From Thunnus thynnus (lineage: Eukaryota): a stretch of DNA of 64,000 bases. Every line of letters starts with the position of its first letter. The stretch's first letter is position 1. This document shows, piece after piece, positions 25,446 through 37,213 of the stretch. The position numbers and the translations under genes were made by a program. The stretch is from NCBI RefSeq assembly GCF_963924715.1, contig NC_089527.1, positions 28,250,551 to 28,314,550 of the forward strand, given 5' to 3'. The notes under the pieces were generated by a model that ran no database searches, was not told the DNA's origin, and saw only the letters and a list, made by a program, of their open reading frames with translations.

Positions 25446-26959
25446 GTATCACAGGACATATACACATGTGCAAACACGTGGATACCAGCATTCAGTATAA
25501 AACAGGCTAAAAGAGCTAAAAGTGCTATTATAGTTTTAATAAGGCAGATACACATGTATACAGTCATAAAGAACCACATACTGTGTTATAAACACTCTTA
25601 GGGTGTTTTCAAAACTGCTTGTTTAGTGTGGTTGAACTGGACTCTGGTTGGTTTTCTTCTTTGGTGTGATTCGTTTGGGCAGGTCTGAACACAGCAATCA
25701 CACTTGGGTGTGGACCAAAACAACCATACCAAGACCCTTTAAAGGAAGTTGTCTCAGTCTGGTCGAAAACAAATTCTCCTCTGACCCATCTACAAGGCAT
25801 ACTCTGCAAGTTTGAGCTTAAATTGCTCCTGCAGCCAGGTGCGCATACTGGGACACACATTAAAGCGACAGTTGCTAGCAGCTAGCTGGAGAATGAAGGT
25901 CAGACCTGGACTAGCAACAAGGTATGTTGCCTTGATGCTAATTGGGCAAGTAGGACCTTCTTCAGGACCTTCTTCCTGTTTATGTTGAGCGTAGTGAATA
26001 CGAGCGGACTGAATGTTCTTTTTGATTCAATTGAATTTTGTGGGAAAAGAACCAAAGGTAAAACATAACAAGTTTACCAATCATATCATGAAAATCATCC
26101 ACCGATTTGGACTAGAGCAAACAAACCTTAGGTTTGAAAACACACTTAAACACGCACACACTAAAGGCTTGTCTACACAGGAGGCCGAGTTTTTCAGGTG
26201 TCCATTTCATGCATGTCTGGTGGAACAGATAAGCTTCTATACACACACAAGCACAATCCCAAGAGTTATTTTTCACTTCAAGTCTATTTTCTTCAGTTTT
26301 ACGCGTGTCTCTACAGTGTTATTGTATTATTGTGTGTTAGGCTCTGAGCGCTGCAAAACATAGGTGACTTACAATCAATACTGTCCCTTAACCACATCTG
26401 ACAGAAGACTGAAGCTACTGGTACTTACATGCTGCTTGGATATTCTTACTCTGCCATATTGTTTGTGGTGATTTCAATTTGAGGGATTACATGGTTGAAA
26501 AAATTCTGAGACTTCTTCAGCTTAAACCACTGTGATAAACTTAAAAATGTGTTGTGACAGAAATACCATCAGGCTTGTTCTTTTTAGTTCTTGAACATTT
26601 GACATACAGTAAAATAGTTTTTAATTCAACAGTACATGTATAGACATTACATTTTTAAATATGAAGATTTGTGTTCATTGTATTTATTGTTTAGGTATTA
26701 AAACCTGTTAATATCAAAGAGTATAACCAACTTTATCTCATTTTGTCTCACAATAAAACACTATTATTGTTTCACCACAAAACATTACAAATTTACAATT
26801 TACAGCATGTCTCTGCTGACAGCAAAATGTAAAAAAAAAAAATGTAAAAATTGTTGAGTCATCAATACAAACTATTAGCTTATATCCATAAACCCAAGTC
26901 ACTACTGTCCTCTGTGCATGTGCATGCTAATATTAACAAAATAATTTCTTGTTTTCAAG

Positions 26960-27111
26960 TTAATCAGAGATGTTCTGAATGTGAGTGAGATGACCCTGAG
27001 AAGCCCCGCCCCTTCCTGTCTGGGGAAGTATCGTGCTCTGAGGTGCAGCATTGAACTCGTTCCCCCTAACAGTCCTGAGTTTCAGGATGTGACTGCTCTG
27101 CTGCAGGACAG
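26960..27111 (+). CDS. parp4: PARP4 exon: PARP regulatory domain
   Basis: LIRDVLNVSEMTLRSPAPSCLGKYRALRCSIELVPPNSPEFQDVTALLQD(R) matches human LIRDMVNVCETNLSKPNPPSLAKYRALRCKIEHVEQNTEEFLRVRKEVLQN. Confidence 0.9.
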
Positions 27112-27792
27112 GTAACGTACTGCCTCAGAACTAAATTTAAAAAAACACTCAAGTTGCAGATAGAAAAGCACACCACCTGTTATTGATATTATTCCTTTTT
27201 CATTCCATTTAATGTCACAAATCTACCTTAAAGTACCAGAACTGTCACACAATCCAATACTGAATCTTTCCCCTGGTTTAGAGCAACCCCCTCTAGTGGT
27301 ACTATACATGCAACTTGAGGCCTTTTTGACATGCTCTCTCTTCTGCTTAACCATCCACTTTCAACCAACCGATACCATCTCCATTAAGCTATATACAGTA
27401 TGTAATTGTAAAAAAATACAGACAAAATTTGGGGTAAATTCTATGAGAGAGCCCAAAAAATGGCTAAAGCAAAGTGAGTTTGGAGGCATAGAATGCAGTT
27501 TAATCTTAATAAAATACAAAGATGCTACACTAAAAGACACTATACAAGACATGAAGAGAATATCATTGAAATTAACTTCATCATAGAGAAATTGTTCTAA
27601 ATAGTAGTAGTAGTAGTTAGTTACAGAGGTAAATGCCCCCAAATGTCCTAATGCTACAAAACAGTCACTGAGTGTGTTTTAATGGCCTTTTAGTGTAGGC
27701 AGTAGAGTCCATCCATACACTATATAAATAAATGTATATTTGTCAGATGTGTGCGGTGTCTCACTGCCAGTTTTTCCATCTGTGCTTTGCAG

Positions 27793-27924
27793 CGCGGTGC
27801 AGATCCAGCAGGTTCTACGTGTTAGCAGAGGGGTGGAACTTCAGACTTTTAAAAGTGAGCTGAGGAACATTAAGTCCCTCCTCCACTCCTCCAGCCCCAG
27901 CAACTTTGTAGGAATCCTGTCTCG
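27793..27924 (+). CDS. parp4: PARP4 exon: PARP catalytic domain, includes the conserved His
   Basis: (S)AVQIQQVLRVSRGVELQTFKSELRNIKSLLHSSSPSNFVGILS(R) matches human VDVLQIFRVGRVNETTEFLSKLGNVRPLLHGSPVQNIVGILCR. The donor tcg|GTgaga is followed immediately by (AC)~30. Confidence 0.85.
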
Positions 27925-27930
27925 GTGAGA

Positions 27931-27988
<58 letters not shown>

Positions 27989-27992
27989 CCAG
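27931..27992. repeat. (CA)~30 microsatellite starting 7 nt into a PARP4 intron
   Basis: cg|gtgagat-cacacacacacacacaca... Confidence 0.9.
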
Positions 27993-28602
27993 TTCAGTAT
28001 TGGTGTGTTACAGGAAAATATAATATAATAATAATAATAATATAACATACATACATTTACATTTTCAAGATTATTTAATTTCTCTAATCATATCTGTATT
28101 TTTCACATATTATATGGAAAACTTCTGTTATAAAAATTGACCTATCTCTCTGTTCCCAACACGCACACTAAACAAAACTAAACTTACATCTTCACTAATG
28201 TAGCAAGCTGAGATTCAGTCTGTCTTTCAAAATGAAATCCAGTTGTTGGATAGTAACAGGTGTTTTCTCACAAAAAGTTATGAAAGAAAGTAATTGTTGG
28301 AATATAAAAGCCCAACTATCTGTAGTAAGCGAATGCACCCACCAAAGGAACATTATATATTTTCTTTTGGTTTCATTAAAAAAACAAAACAAAACAGTTG
28401 AATCCGAGTTGTAGGCTATCAGTTCAAAAAGTTCACCCTACAGGGTTTCTGGGTAAATAAAGTTTACATTTGCGAGCAGTTATATTCTAATGCTATTAGC
28501 TATTATTTATTATTATACATATAAAATGACAGCCTGACAGGTATAGTGCTATAGTGCTTGTCTATATGTACAACTCAACAATGAACTTTGACATGGATTT
28601 TA

Positions 28603-28627
28603 AATGTTGCTCTCTCTCTCTCTCTTT
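28603..28627. repeat. (CT)n repeat forming the polypyrimidine tract of a PARP4 acceptor
   Basis: tgctctctctctctctctctttag|tggtctg. Confidence 0.85.
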
Positions 28628-28629
28628 AG

Positions 28630-28728
28630 TGGTCTGCTGCTGCCTCGTGTTGGAGTGGAGCATCATGGGATAGAAAGAACAGATGTTGGGAATCTTGGAA
28701 GTGGAATCTACTTTAGCAATGCTGCGAG
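28630..28728 (+). CDS. parp4: PARP4 exon: PARP catalytic domain, Gly/Ser/Tyr motif
   Basis: GLLLPRVGVEHHGIERTDVGNLGSGIYFSNAA matches human GLLLPKVVEDRGVQRTDVGNLGSGIYFSDSLS. The acceptor's polypyrimidine tract is a (CT)n repeat. Confidence 0.9.
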
Positions 28729-29096
28729 GTTAGTAGAATATCTGAAATTAACAAGGTTTATTCCATAAAAATGTGCATTTGTTGTGACATATAACATCCT
28801 CTTCAATACAAAAATGTTTCCACTAAAATGAGACACATTGAGTTCACTTTTTTACTCCTGTGACCTCAATCACTCAAATGTGAGTCACAGGTTACTCTTT
28901 TTTGCTTTGAAACATAAAAAACATATCAAAACCCAAAAGAACTTCAAAAGCTATCTCTATGAAAATTCCTTTTGAGAAAGATGATATTACACTAGCTAGC
29001 CTGCATTCATCATTTCATCATCCAGGAACCCAGATGGCAACAACAAAGTCATCTCTAGTAAGCATGTTTTTAGTTTTCCATATCCTCCACCCACAG

Positions 29097-29280
29097 CACC
29101 AGTCTGAAATACTCCAAACCCAGTGTGACAGATGGTTCTCGGTTGCTGCTGGTGTGTGATGTGGCATTGGGAGGGTGCAAGGCCGTCCACAAGAGAGACC
29201 CCACGCTGACCCAAGCCCCTGAGGGACACGACAGTGTGCATGGGGTCCGCCATACCCCAAACACTCAGTCTGAGTTTGAG
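29097..29280 (+). CDS. parp4: PARP4 exon: PARP catalytic domain
   Basis: TSLKYSKPSVTDGSRLLLVCDVALGGCKAVHKRDPTLTQAPEGHDSVHGVRHTPNTQSEFE matches human TSIKYSHPGETDGTRLLLICDVALGKCMDLHEKDFSLTEAPPGYDSVHGVSQTASVTTDFE. Confidence 0.9.
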
Positions 29281-29725
29281 GTAGGACTCTGCGTGTGTGC
29301 AAATGTAAATAAATAGATCAGCAGACAGATTGCAGATGAATGTTTATTCTTTCTGATGCTAAAGCTGATTTTTCCCTAATATGTGACATAGATCAGTTCT
29401 TTATAGTGACGGTGTGAACTGATCAAATCATGTATGAAGGGGTTTCAGTTGTGATTCTGATTTGCATATTTGGTCGTAAATCAAATACATATGTAACTTG
29501 TAGCAATGCTGCTGCCTCAGTCTGAACCTTTACATCACAACACAATGTCAACACAAAGTTAAAAGCTTTAACTTTACTCTTAAGGAACTAAAAACTAGAA
29601 TAAAAGTGTGGACTACTTAAATATTTTCTTTAATTAAGAATGTATTACAGTTTATAAGATGATTGAGATGAAACTTATGTACACATGTCACTGTGTACTG
29701 ATAACTATTCAATCTGGTGCTCCAG

Positions 29726-29867
29726 GATGATGAGTACGTGGTGTACAGTCCCGATCAGGTGAAGCTGAACTACGTGGTTCAGTTCAGCATCAATGGAGAC
29801 CAAATGCAGGAGTTCAGTCCTTCTATCAACACCTCAGCTGCACCGTGTCTGCCCTCCTGTGACCAAG
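29726..29867 (+). CDS. parp4: PARP4 exon: PARP catalytic domain, catalytic Glu
   Basis: DDEYVVYSPDQVKLNYVVQFSINGDQMQEFSPS... matches human DDEFVVYKTNQVKMKYIIKFSMPGDQIKDFHPS. The catalytic glutamate is retained in the context FE-DDEY. Confidence 0.9.
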
Positions 29868-30130
29868 GTGAACACTGCATACCTGATAAATATACTTTCA
29901 AAGTGCTATTCTCTGGTCCAAATTTTAGTGAGGAATATTTTGCTTTAGATAGCAGAAAAGTTGCAAGGGAGAAAGGAAGGGCTTTTACACCCTGATGACA
30001 AGAGGTCTTTAAAATGTTCAGTAATACAAAAAGAATTTAAGTTTCACATTCAGAGATCACAACTTATTTGGTTTTACATTTTTAAATGTAATTGTAATTT
30101 GTTAAACTTCACCTGCATGTGTGTGTGTAG

Positions 30131-30273
30131 TGATGAGCTCTGAGGATGACAGGACTGAAAGCATTAAAAACCCACTGGAGGATGTGACAGCTGGACTGTT
30201 GGACAGTTCTGGTCAGCAGCTCCCTCTGCAGGCCGTCCATGTGAAGTGCAAACTGATGGATCTGCTCTCTCAG
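30131..30273 (+). CDS. parp4: PARP4 exon: linker into VIT domain
   Basis: VMSSEDDRTESIKNPLEDVTAGLLDSSGQQLPLQAVHVKCKLMDLLSQ matches human ...STKAGLQDASGNLVPLEDVHIKGRIIDTVAQ. Confidence 0.85.
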
Positions 30274-30475
30274 GTGAAAAAAAAAGCTTTAATGACACTA
30301 AATTTGCCAGGCCAGGATGTCCATTCAAGTAACAGTTTCTCTTGCATGGAAATCTTGCATCAACCTCCTAAAATCCATCAGACTATCAGATGTAAATATT
30401 TTACTGATTGCTGAGTTTACTGGCTGACATCTTAAATAAAGCACTGACAGTATATGTCTCTCTGTCCACTTTTAG

Positions 30476-30607
30476 GTCATCATCTTCCAAAAATACACCA
30501 ATCTTAGCTCTGTGCCCATTGAGGCGAAGTACGTCTTCCCATTGGATGATTCTGCAGCAGTGTGCGGATTTGAAGCTTTCATCAATGGGAAACATGTGGT
30601 GGGACAG
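30476..30607 (+). CDS. parp4: PARP4 exon: VIT domain
   Basis: VIIFQKYTNLSSVPIEAKYVFPLDDSAAVCGFEAFINGKHVVGQ matches human VIVFQTYTNKSHVPIEAKYIFPLDDKAAVCGFEAFINGKHIVGE. Confidence 0.95.
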
Positions 30608-30919
30608 GTAACACAGCTTTACATTTTCTGATCAGAGATTTCTGTTCAGCTGTTTTTATTTGTTTGTTTGTTTGTTTACCTCACCTGACTTTAATACTAC
30701 TTACAGTGAGTAATTGACTACACAATTTGTGTGGGGAGAAAAGATTTTTGTCTTTTGGAGTGAAGCAAACTCGAGAATATATTGTAAAATATATTGTAAA
30801 GCTTAGTCAGATATTCTCATGAAAACATTTAAAAGCTGACATTAAGGTGACAACACTAAGGATATAATTAACATTTTTAACCAATTATTCCATGCGTTTT
30901 TTGTCTGTTTGGATCTCAG

Positions 30920-31006
30920 GTGAAGGAGAAAGAGAAAGCTCGCAAGGAGTACAAGCAGGCTATCGAGAAAGGCCATGGAGCCTACCTCATGGACCAGGAT
31001 GCTCCC
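30920..31006 (+). CDS. parp4: PARP4 exon: VIT domain
   Basis: VKEKEKARKEYKQAIEKGHGAYLMDQDAP matches human IKEKEEAQQEYLEAVTQGHGAYLMSQDAP. Confidence 0.9.
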
Positions 31007-31193
31007 GTATGTCCAGCTTCTGCACTCAACCAAACACACATCATCATGCTGATTCAAGCTTGAAGTCAGGCGATCTCTAATTCTTAAATATTAGACTGAT
31101 CGATGAGCATAACAGAATATTTTATAGCCCCTTTTTGTCAAACAAAAATGTATTTGTACACTGATTGTGATGTTGTTTTTGTGCTCCCTGCAG

Positions 31194-31358
31194 GATGTGT
31201 TCACTATTAGTGTGGGCAATCTGCCACCCGGTGCAACTGTCCTCATCAAAGTTACCTTTGTGTCTGAACTGATCGTCAGAGACGAGAGTATTTTTTTCTC
31301 CCTGCCTGGGAGTGTTGCTCCGTGGCAGGAGAGTGCAGCGCTCAACCAGACCACACAA
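31194..31358 (+). CDS. parp4: PARP4 exon: VIT domain
   Basis: DVFTISVGNLPPGATVLIKVTFVSELIVRDESIFFSLPGSVAPWQESAALNQTTQ matches human DVFTVSVGNLPPKAKVLIKITYITELSILGTVGVFFMPATVAPWQQDKALNENLQ. Confidence 0.9.
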
Positions 31359-31808
31359 GTGAGAAGAGCCCAATAAAATCTATACTAAAAAGTCCCAACC
31401 CAAAGTCTCAGTTCCTCCTCTGTCAGCCATCAATAGTGTGAAAAATGGCAAAAGGCCCCCAAGGAAGCAAAAGTCTATTATTGTACAATGTATGCATGTA
31501 CTGTGAATTCTTCAATTCAGTCTCCTTATTTTCCTTCTGGTGGATGATTAACATATGTTTTCATAGTTTAAAGACAAATCAGTGTATGACATAGCTAACA
31601 TATCTGGACTTGTGGTGTGTGGTTCTCAGTTTGAATTTGTAGTTTGCCTATTGTGTTTGTGCATGATTAAGCCATCATTACAGGATAAATTATTAACTGA
31701 GGCCAAGTGTTGGTGATTTTGGTATTTCTCTGCTTCATTAGGCCTGTCTCCTTCTATCTCAGCTTAAGCTCATCTGTGTTTTTTGTGGGTTTCCCTTCGC
31801 TCAATAGG

Positions 31809-31855
31809 TCACTGTGGAGAAAGTGTGTGTGACCGATGAGGCAGCAAGTACAAGG
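31809..31855 (+). CDS. parp4: PARP4 exon: VIT domain (short)
   Basis: VTVEKVCVTDEAAST(R) matches human DTVEKICIKEIGTKQS. The donor is acaag|GTgagc. Confidence 0.8.
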
Positions 31856-31976
31856 TGAGCCATATTCTGTGTTGTTACGATAAAATATTTACATTCCTAT
31901 GGTGTTTTTTTTTATGATGCACGCTGAAATGTGTGCAGCTAGATGCTGTGTTCAATGTGTTACTCTTTCCCCACAG

Positions 31977-32058
31977 AGAGTTCACCCTGGACATGTCAAT
32001 TGAGATGCCCCATGAGATCACCAGCCTGCAATGCATCACTCACAAAGTCAAGATGAAG
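31977..32058 (+). CDS. parp4: PARP4 exon: VIT domain
   Basis: (R)EFTLDMSIEMPHEITSLQCITHKVKMK matches human SFSLTMSIEMPYVIEFIFSDTHELKQK. Confidence 0.85.
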
Positions 32059-32149
32059 GTAACTTTGGTGTTTTCACATTTTGTTAATAATATATTCAGA
32101 TTTTTTTTTTGAAATCCTCAAAAACAAAGACCACCATGGAGAAAACAGA

Positions 32150-32770
32150 CTATTAACCAAAAGAAGCTGCTGCAAAGCTGAACGGAGATGGAGAAAGACA
32201 AGTTAAACCACTGTTTAAAAAAGGCAACACAGATTGTTTTGTCATCACTACATACAGACCAATCTCCAACCTGCCTTTTCTGAGTAAGATATTAAAAAAA
32301 TGTTTTTAAACAGCTGAATGATCTCCTCTGTGGCAACATTGTGTTTGAAAAATTCCAGTCTGGTTTCAGGGCCCATTAGAGAAGGAAACAGTTCTAGTCA
32401 AAGTGATGAATGACCTTATAATGAACACACATGAGAAAAAGCTCTCTGTGCTTGTCCTGTTAGATGTCAATGCTGCATTCGATACTGTAGACCATTACAT
32501 TCTGCTGGACAGACTTGGGTTGGTCTCTCTGGCACGGTTCATAAATGATTCAGGTCTTACTTAACTGGTTGACAGTTCTTTGTGGCCGTGGATGAACGAT
32601 CCTCCAATAAAATAGACCTGACATGTGGTGTCCCTCAGGGCTCTATCTTAAGTCTGTGTTTCTGTAATGTTCAATACCTCACTTTAGTGCTGAGACAATT
32701 ACTTCAGCAGAGAATTTGTTGTAATTATGATAATAGCATTGCTATTTATTTATACGTTTTATTTAAATGT
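32150..32770 (+). mobile_element. Degraded LINE reverse-transcriptase fragment inside a PARP4 intron, same orientation as the gene
   Basis: Across two or three frames the translation shows KPISNLPFLSKILKKCF.QLNDLLCGNIVFEKFQSGFRAH, then VLVLLDVNAAFDTVDHYILLDRLG and NKIDLTCGVPQGSILSLC. The motifs FQSGFR, LLDLSAAFDT and GVPQGS match fish LINE RT. It is interrupted by stops. Confidence 0.65.
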
Positions 32771-33093
32771 ATTTATTCTTGTATTATTCATGTAGAAATA
32801 CTAAACATCAGCTAGTTACAGCTTCACCAAAATATACAGTGTTTTTCTGTGTTGTATATCATTATACTTTGTTTTTGGCTGCTGCTTAGATTGAGGAAGC
32901 AATTTTAAGACTTCACAAATTAGTTAAATTTGACCAACAATTGATCAATCCGACATTTTATACCCTAAGAAAATAATCCAGTCATTGAAAAAATTTCTTA
33001 AAGTTTAATCTTTAAAAAAAAAAATCATGATATACAAACCAAGCCCAGCTTCTTCATTTTCATCCTTTTTTTCTCTCCTGTGTGTGTGTGTAG

Positions 33094-33231
33094 AGAACAG
33101 ACTGTAAAGCCGTGGTGAGCGTGCTGCCAGGAGAAGTGATGGGTCCAGAGGGTTTCCAGCTCCTAGTCACTCTGTCTGAGGTTCACCTGCCCAGGATGTG
33201 GGTGGAGAAACACCCTGACAAGGACAGCCAG
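33094..33231 (+). CDS. parp4: PARP4 exon: VIT C-terminal part
   Basis: RTDCKAVVSVLPGEVMGPEGFQLLVTLSEVHLPRMWVEKHPDKDSQ matches human RTDCKAVISTMEGSSLDSSGFSLHIGLSAAYLPRMWVEKHPEKESE. Confidence 0.95.
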
Positions 33232-33316
33232 GTGTGTCTGTCTGTCTGTCTGTTTGTCTTCCTCTCTTTCTCTCACTGTATTTCTTTTTCTTACTATCTC
33301 TCACTCTCTACTGCAG

Positions 33317-33506
33317 GCCTGCATGTTAGTTTTCTATCCAGACTTTGACGCAACCTCCAGTCCAGCATGTGATGAAGTCATCCTGTTGCTGGACACGTCT
33401 GAGTCCATGAGGGGGGAGTCTCTCCGTACAGCCCAGAGACTCGCCCTGCAGGTCCTCAAAACCCTCGACCATAACCTCAGACTCAATGTCATCTTCTTTG
33501 GCACAG
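33317..33506 (+). CDS. parp4: PARP4 exon: start of vWA domain
   Basis: ACMLVFYPDFDATSSPACDEVILLLDTSESMRGESLRTAQRLALQVLKTLDHNLRLNVIFFGTG matches human ACMLVFQPDLDVDLPDLASESEVIICLDCSSSMEGVTFLQAKQIALHALSLVGEKQKVNIIQFGTG. It contains a MIDAS-like D-x-S-x-S motif. Confidence 0.95.
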
Positions 33507-33883
33507 GTCAGTAGTATCCTTAAAGTTTTTAACCAGACAGAGGAAAAACACAAGTGGGCAAGGTGAGACAAAGTGAAATCGTCTCACTGTTTAAAAGGAA
33601 GCTCAAATTGAAGGTGACAGATGGATAAAGGAATGAACTGGACAACATAAAATTAATAATACTTCTTTGGGTTTGGTGATCTGTTACTCACTTGACATGC
33701 AAGAGTTTGTGAGCACTTAATCTCACACAAGCTGAATATTATAAACATGTAATATTAAGATTATTCTACCTTTACATGAAAGTTGTTATAAACCACACTG
33801 TGTAGATTACTGTACTGATTACTGTCACAAAACTAATGCAGTAAACACATTTTGCAGACTTTTACTGTGTTTTTTTCTATCAG

Positions 33884-33954
33884 ATCATACAGATGCTTTC
33901 CAGACAGCGCAGCCACTTATTGAAGCTCGTCAGGCTGCCGAGAGCTTCATCAAG
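33884..33954 (+). CDS. parp4: PARP4 exon: vWA domain (an alternative acceptor 9 nt downstream, at 33893, is equally compatible)
   Basis: (D)HTDAFQTAQPLIEARQAAESFIK. The acceptor is ctatcag| and the donor is caag|GTgagt. Phase is consistent with its neighbours. Confidence 0.6.
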
Positions 33955-34874
33955 GTGAGTTATTGTCTGATTCTTAAGTTTAACTGTATAACAGCTAACA
34001 AGCTGTATAACATGTTCAAGTGTAAAGTGTATTAGATCTTAATATACTGTTATTTCAACTAAATTACAAAAAATCCCTACTACTGGATTACTATACTGTA
34101 GTAATAGGCACATTTTTATTACAGCACCAAAAGTGTTTTATGCTTCTTTTGCACTTGAATGTGTAATAAACAAATGTTATTTTTCATTAATGTGAAATAG
34201 CTTCAACCTGATGCAGCCATGAAAGGAACTTGATCTTGTGATGATAAAATGTATGCTAAGAAATATTTGTAAGTAGATTTTATCACCATGAAGTAACAAA
34301 CAACACCAGGAAATGATGGTGGAAATGATGACTTTGGTCTGACTGGTCCAGTGAAGATGAATTTCTTATGTGAATGTAGGGATCCCTATAAAAACATACA
34401 GAACAATGCCATATTACATTTAAACAGTAAGTAACTAGTGTTTTATTCATAGAGGTGTTTCTCATAGCTTTGATTTGTTTTGAGTGATTTACATTAAAGA
34501 TAACAAAATCTGAGAATTTCACATCTAGTATGTGTAGACAATCCATCCAAAAGCTAGGTTGAGTAAATTTAGTTATTTAATCGCAGAGGAGATGAAAAGT
34601 ATGTTCTGAATTTACAGTACATACTGTGTTAGATGTAAGTGTTTTAGATGCACATGTACATTTCTGAAATTAGTTTTTTTATTAAATACAATAATTATAA
34701 TAGCCTAATAACAAAAGAAATACAAAAAGTGCTTACTTTAGTGCCCTTATTTAACCTGCACATTTCCATTCTTATTCTGATAAGATGAAAGGTGAATAGG
34801 AAAAAACGCTCTTAGTGTTTTCCATGCCTGTGGCCAGTACACTGGCTCTGAAATGCTCCTCTCCGTCCTATCAG

Positions 34875-35062
34875 CGCTTTTCTCCAGTAGGGGGCAGCAC
34901 TGAGCTGTGGCGGCCCCTGCGAGCTCTCAGCCTTCTGCCTCCATCCCGTGGTGTCAGGAATCTGCTGCTACTGTCGGACGGCCATGTCCAGAATGCGGAG
35001 CTCACCTTGCAGCTGCTCAGAGACAACGCCCAACACAGCCGCCTCTTCACCTGCGGCCTCAG
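34875..35062 (+). CDS. parp4: PARP4 exon: vWA domain
   Basis: RFSPVGGSTELWRPLRALSLLPPSRGVRNLLLLSDGHVQNAELTLQLLRDNAQHSRLFTCGL matches human TMGNTDFWKTLRYLSLLYPARGSRNILLVSDGHLQDESLTLQLVKRSRPHTRLFACGI. Confidence 0.9.
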
Positions 35063-36106
35063 GTCTGAATGGGTCACAGGGGATATGAAAATTAGCTTAG
35101 TGTTGATGTTGATGAGTACCATGCTAGATGGTGCAGCCCCACTGTACGCAAACTGACTGGAAACAAAATCCACACTCATTCATTGTCTATGGGAAGCGAC
35201 TAATTCGCTGCACAAAGCATGCTGGGATACCTGGCGACATGGACCAAGCTGGCGGTGTGACAAGAGGGCAGGAAAAATTCAAACAGTGCTCACATCAAGA
35301 CAGCCTATCAAGCTACAGCACCGGCGACTTTCTGAACAGCTATGTGTACAATCATGAGACACTCCCACCCATGCCCACAGGCGACCAGCGGGGCAGGGAG
35401 GACGCAAGATTATACATACATTATGGTCGTGTAGAGTGGGGCTTCACCATAACACTGTGTGTTCAGACAGAAAGTGATGTGAATTTTAGACGCGGCATGA
35501 CTGCATCCAAAATCAATGGAAGGATGCGATAAGGCACAAATTCGCCCAGGGTTGCGCAAAGTGATGCAAAGACGCATCCGCACAAATTGAAAATGTTCCA
35601 ACTATTTGGCATAACTGGAGGCTTTATGAATTTGCTTCAAAAACAGACATAGACAAGAGGAAAAAGGTTTGAAAAGTCTCCTGTGAGTTCTGAGTTCAAT
35701 CAGAAGCTGAGCTGAACACGGACACACTGGCAAACATCTGCAGTTAGCTAACGTACAGTTGGTGCAATGGTTGTCTGGGGGCGAGACAAAATTAAGATGC
35801 TGACCTATGAGTAAAATTTCCAAATCTATGACGGAAAGACAATTTTGATTGAAGAGGTGAAAAAAACATGTAGGCAGGTTAAGCTCTTCAGAGAGGTTGT
35901 TTAATACTCTGTGATACCTGAGGCCTTACATAACAGTTACATAACAGTTATGTTAAATGTTATACACTGCATTGGTGTACAGTGCTGCAATACTTCACCC
36001 TGTGTGGAGTTAAACCTTCAACAAATATAGCTGCTGTGCTTTGTACTCTGAGATTCTTTTTTACAGACATTTTAAGGTGTGTGTTTATGTATCTCTGTCA
36101 TTTCAG

Positions 36107-36206
36107 CCCGACAGCCAATCGGCACATGCTGAGAGCCCTGGCCCAGGCAGGGGGCGGAGCCTATGAATTCTTTGACACAAAAACCCGACACAACTGGACA
36201 GAGAAG
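36107..36206 (+). CDS. parp4: PARP4 exon: vWA domain
   Basis: (S)PTANRHMLRALAQAGGGAYEFFDTKTRHNWTEK matches human GSTANRHVLRILSQCGAGVFEYFNAKSKHSWRKQ. Confidence 0.9.
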
Positions 36207-36654
36207 GTGAGACTGAAGACCTGATTGTTGGGGCATCTTGTTTACACAAGATACCAAACATGTATTCCACATTGTTGGTTTGAATCCAGACTTAATATCT
36301 TAACACCTATTGAATGGATTGTCATCAAATTTGGTACAGATGTCAATGTTCCTTTCAGGATGAATTGTAATGAATTTAATCAACCCCCGACTTTTCATCT
36401 GGTGCCACCATCAGGTCAAAATATTAATTTGCCCGTGTAAAGCACCTCTTCACACATGCAGCATCATGCCAGGGATGATATACTGGCAATCTTGATCCCG
36501 TGGGCTGCCCCTCCAGACCTGACATATATGTTGGGAACCTTTCTTTGAAATTTTAATGCAAACAACAGCTTTGGGATATGACTAATATGCTTTTAAGAAT
36601 GGGGGAAATAACTACTGCTATTCATCTGCTCATTTGTTTTCTTTTCGGCCATAG

Positions 36655-36825
36655 GTGGCATCTCAGGTGAAGCGTATGGCATCTCCTGGCTGCAGCTCAG
36701 TGGCAGTGAAGTGGCAACAGTTCAACCCAACAGCGCCCCCTCCTGTGCAAGCCCCCAAGCAGCTCCATGCTTTGTTCAATGACTGCCACACTCTAGTCTA
36801 CGGTTTTGTGCCAAACTGCACTCAG
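36655..36825 (+). CDS. parp4: PARP4 exon: vWA C-terminal part
   Basis: VASQVKRMASPGCSSVAVKWQQFNPTAPPPVQAPKQLHALFNDCHTLVYGFVPNCTQ matches human IEDQMTRLCSPSCHSVSVKWQQLNPDVPEALQAPAQVPSLFLNDRLLVYGFIPHCTQ. Confidence 0.9.
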
Positions 36826-37213
36826 GTATGCATTTTATATACATTATTACTAATTGAATAACAGTTTTGATTTGTTTCTTCTTTTTACTTCAGATATTTT
36901 CATATATTTGTTCATATATTTTTCATATAAGTGTGTGTATCATTTTGAATCTCAGTTAAGGCTGCAACTACCAGTGTTTTTTAATCATGAATCAATTAAT
37001 CTGTCGATTTTTTCTTTGTAATTTTTGAGAGCCGAAGGTGATGTCTTCAAATTGCTTTGTTTGTCCAGCCAACAGTTCAAACCCAAAGATATTATATTTA
37101 CAGTGATTAATGATCAATTATTTAAATGATGAATTAATGAGTAATCAAATTGGTTAATCAAAGAGTAATTTCAGCACTAATCTCATCTTGCTTCCTGCCT
37201 TTACTTCATATAG

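Noticed and set aside
35128-35532. 134-aa ORF within a PARP4 intron (also overlapping minus-strand ORFs)
   Set aside because: It has no homology signal and lies between well-supported vWA exons in an intron. It is probably a repeat or a chance ORF.
36260-36440. Short ORF-like segment IEWIVIKFGTDVNVPFRMNCNEFNQPPTFHLVPPSGQNINLPV in a PARP4 intron
   Set aside because: It looks like a fragment of a dispersed repeat or retro-copied gene piece. It has no intact ORF or splice sites, and it is not part of the PARP4 reading frame.
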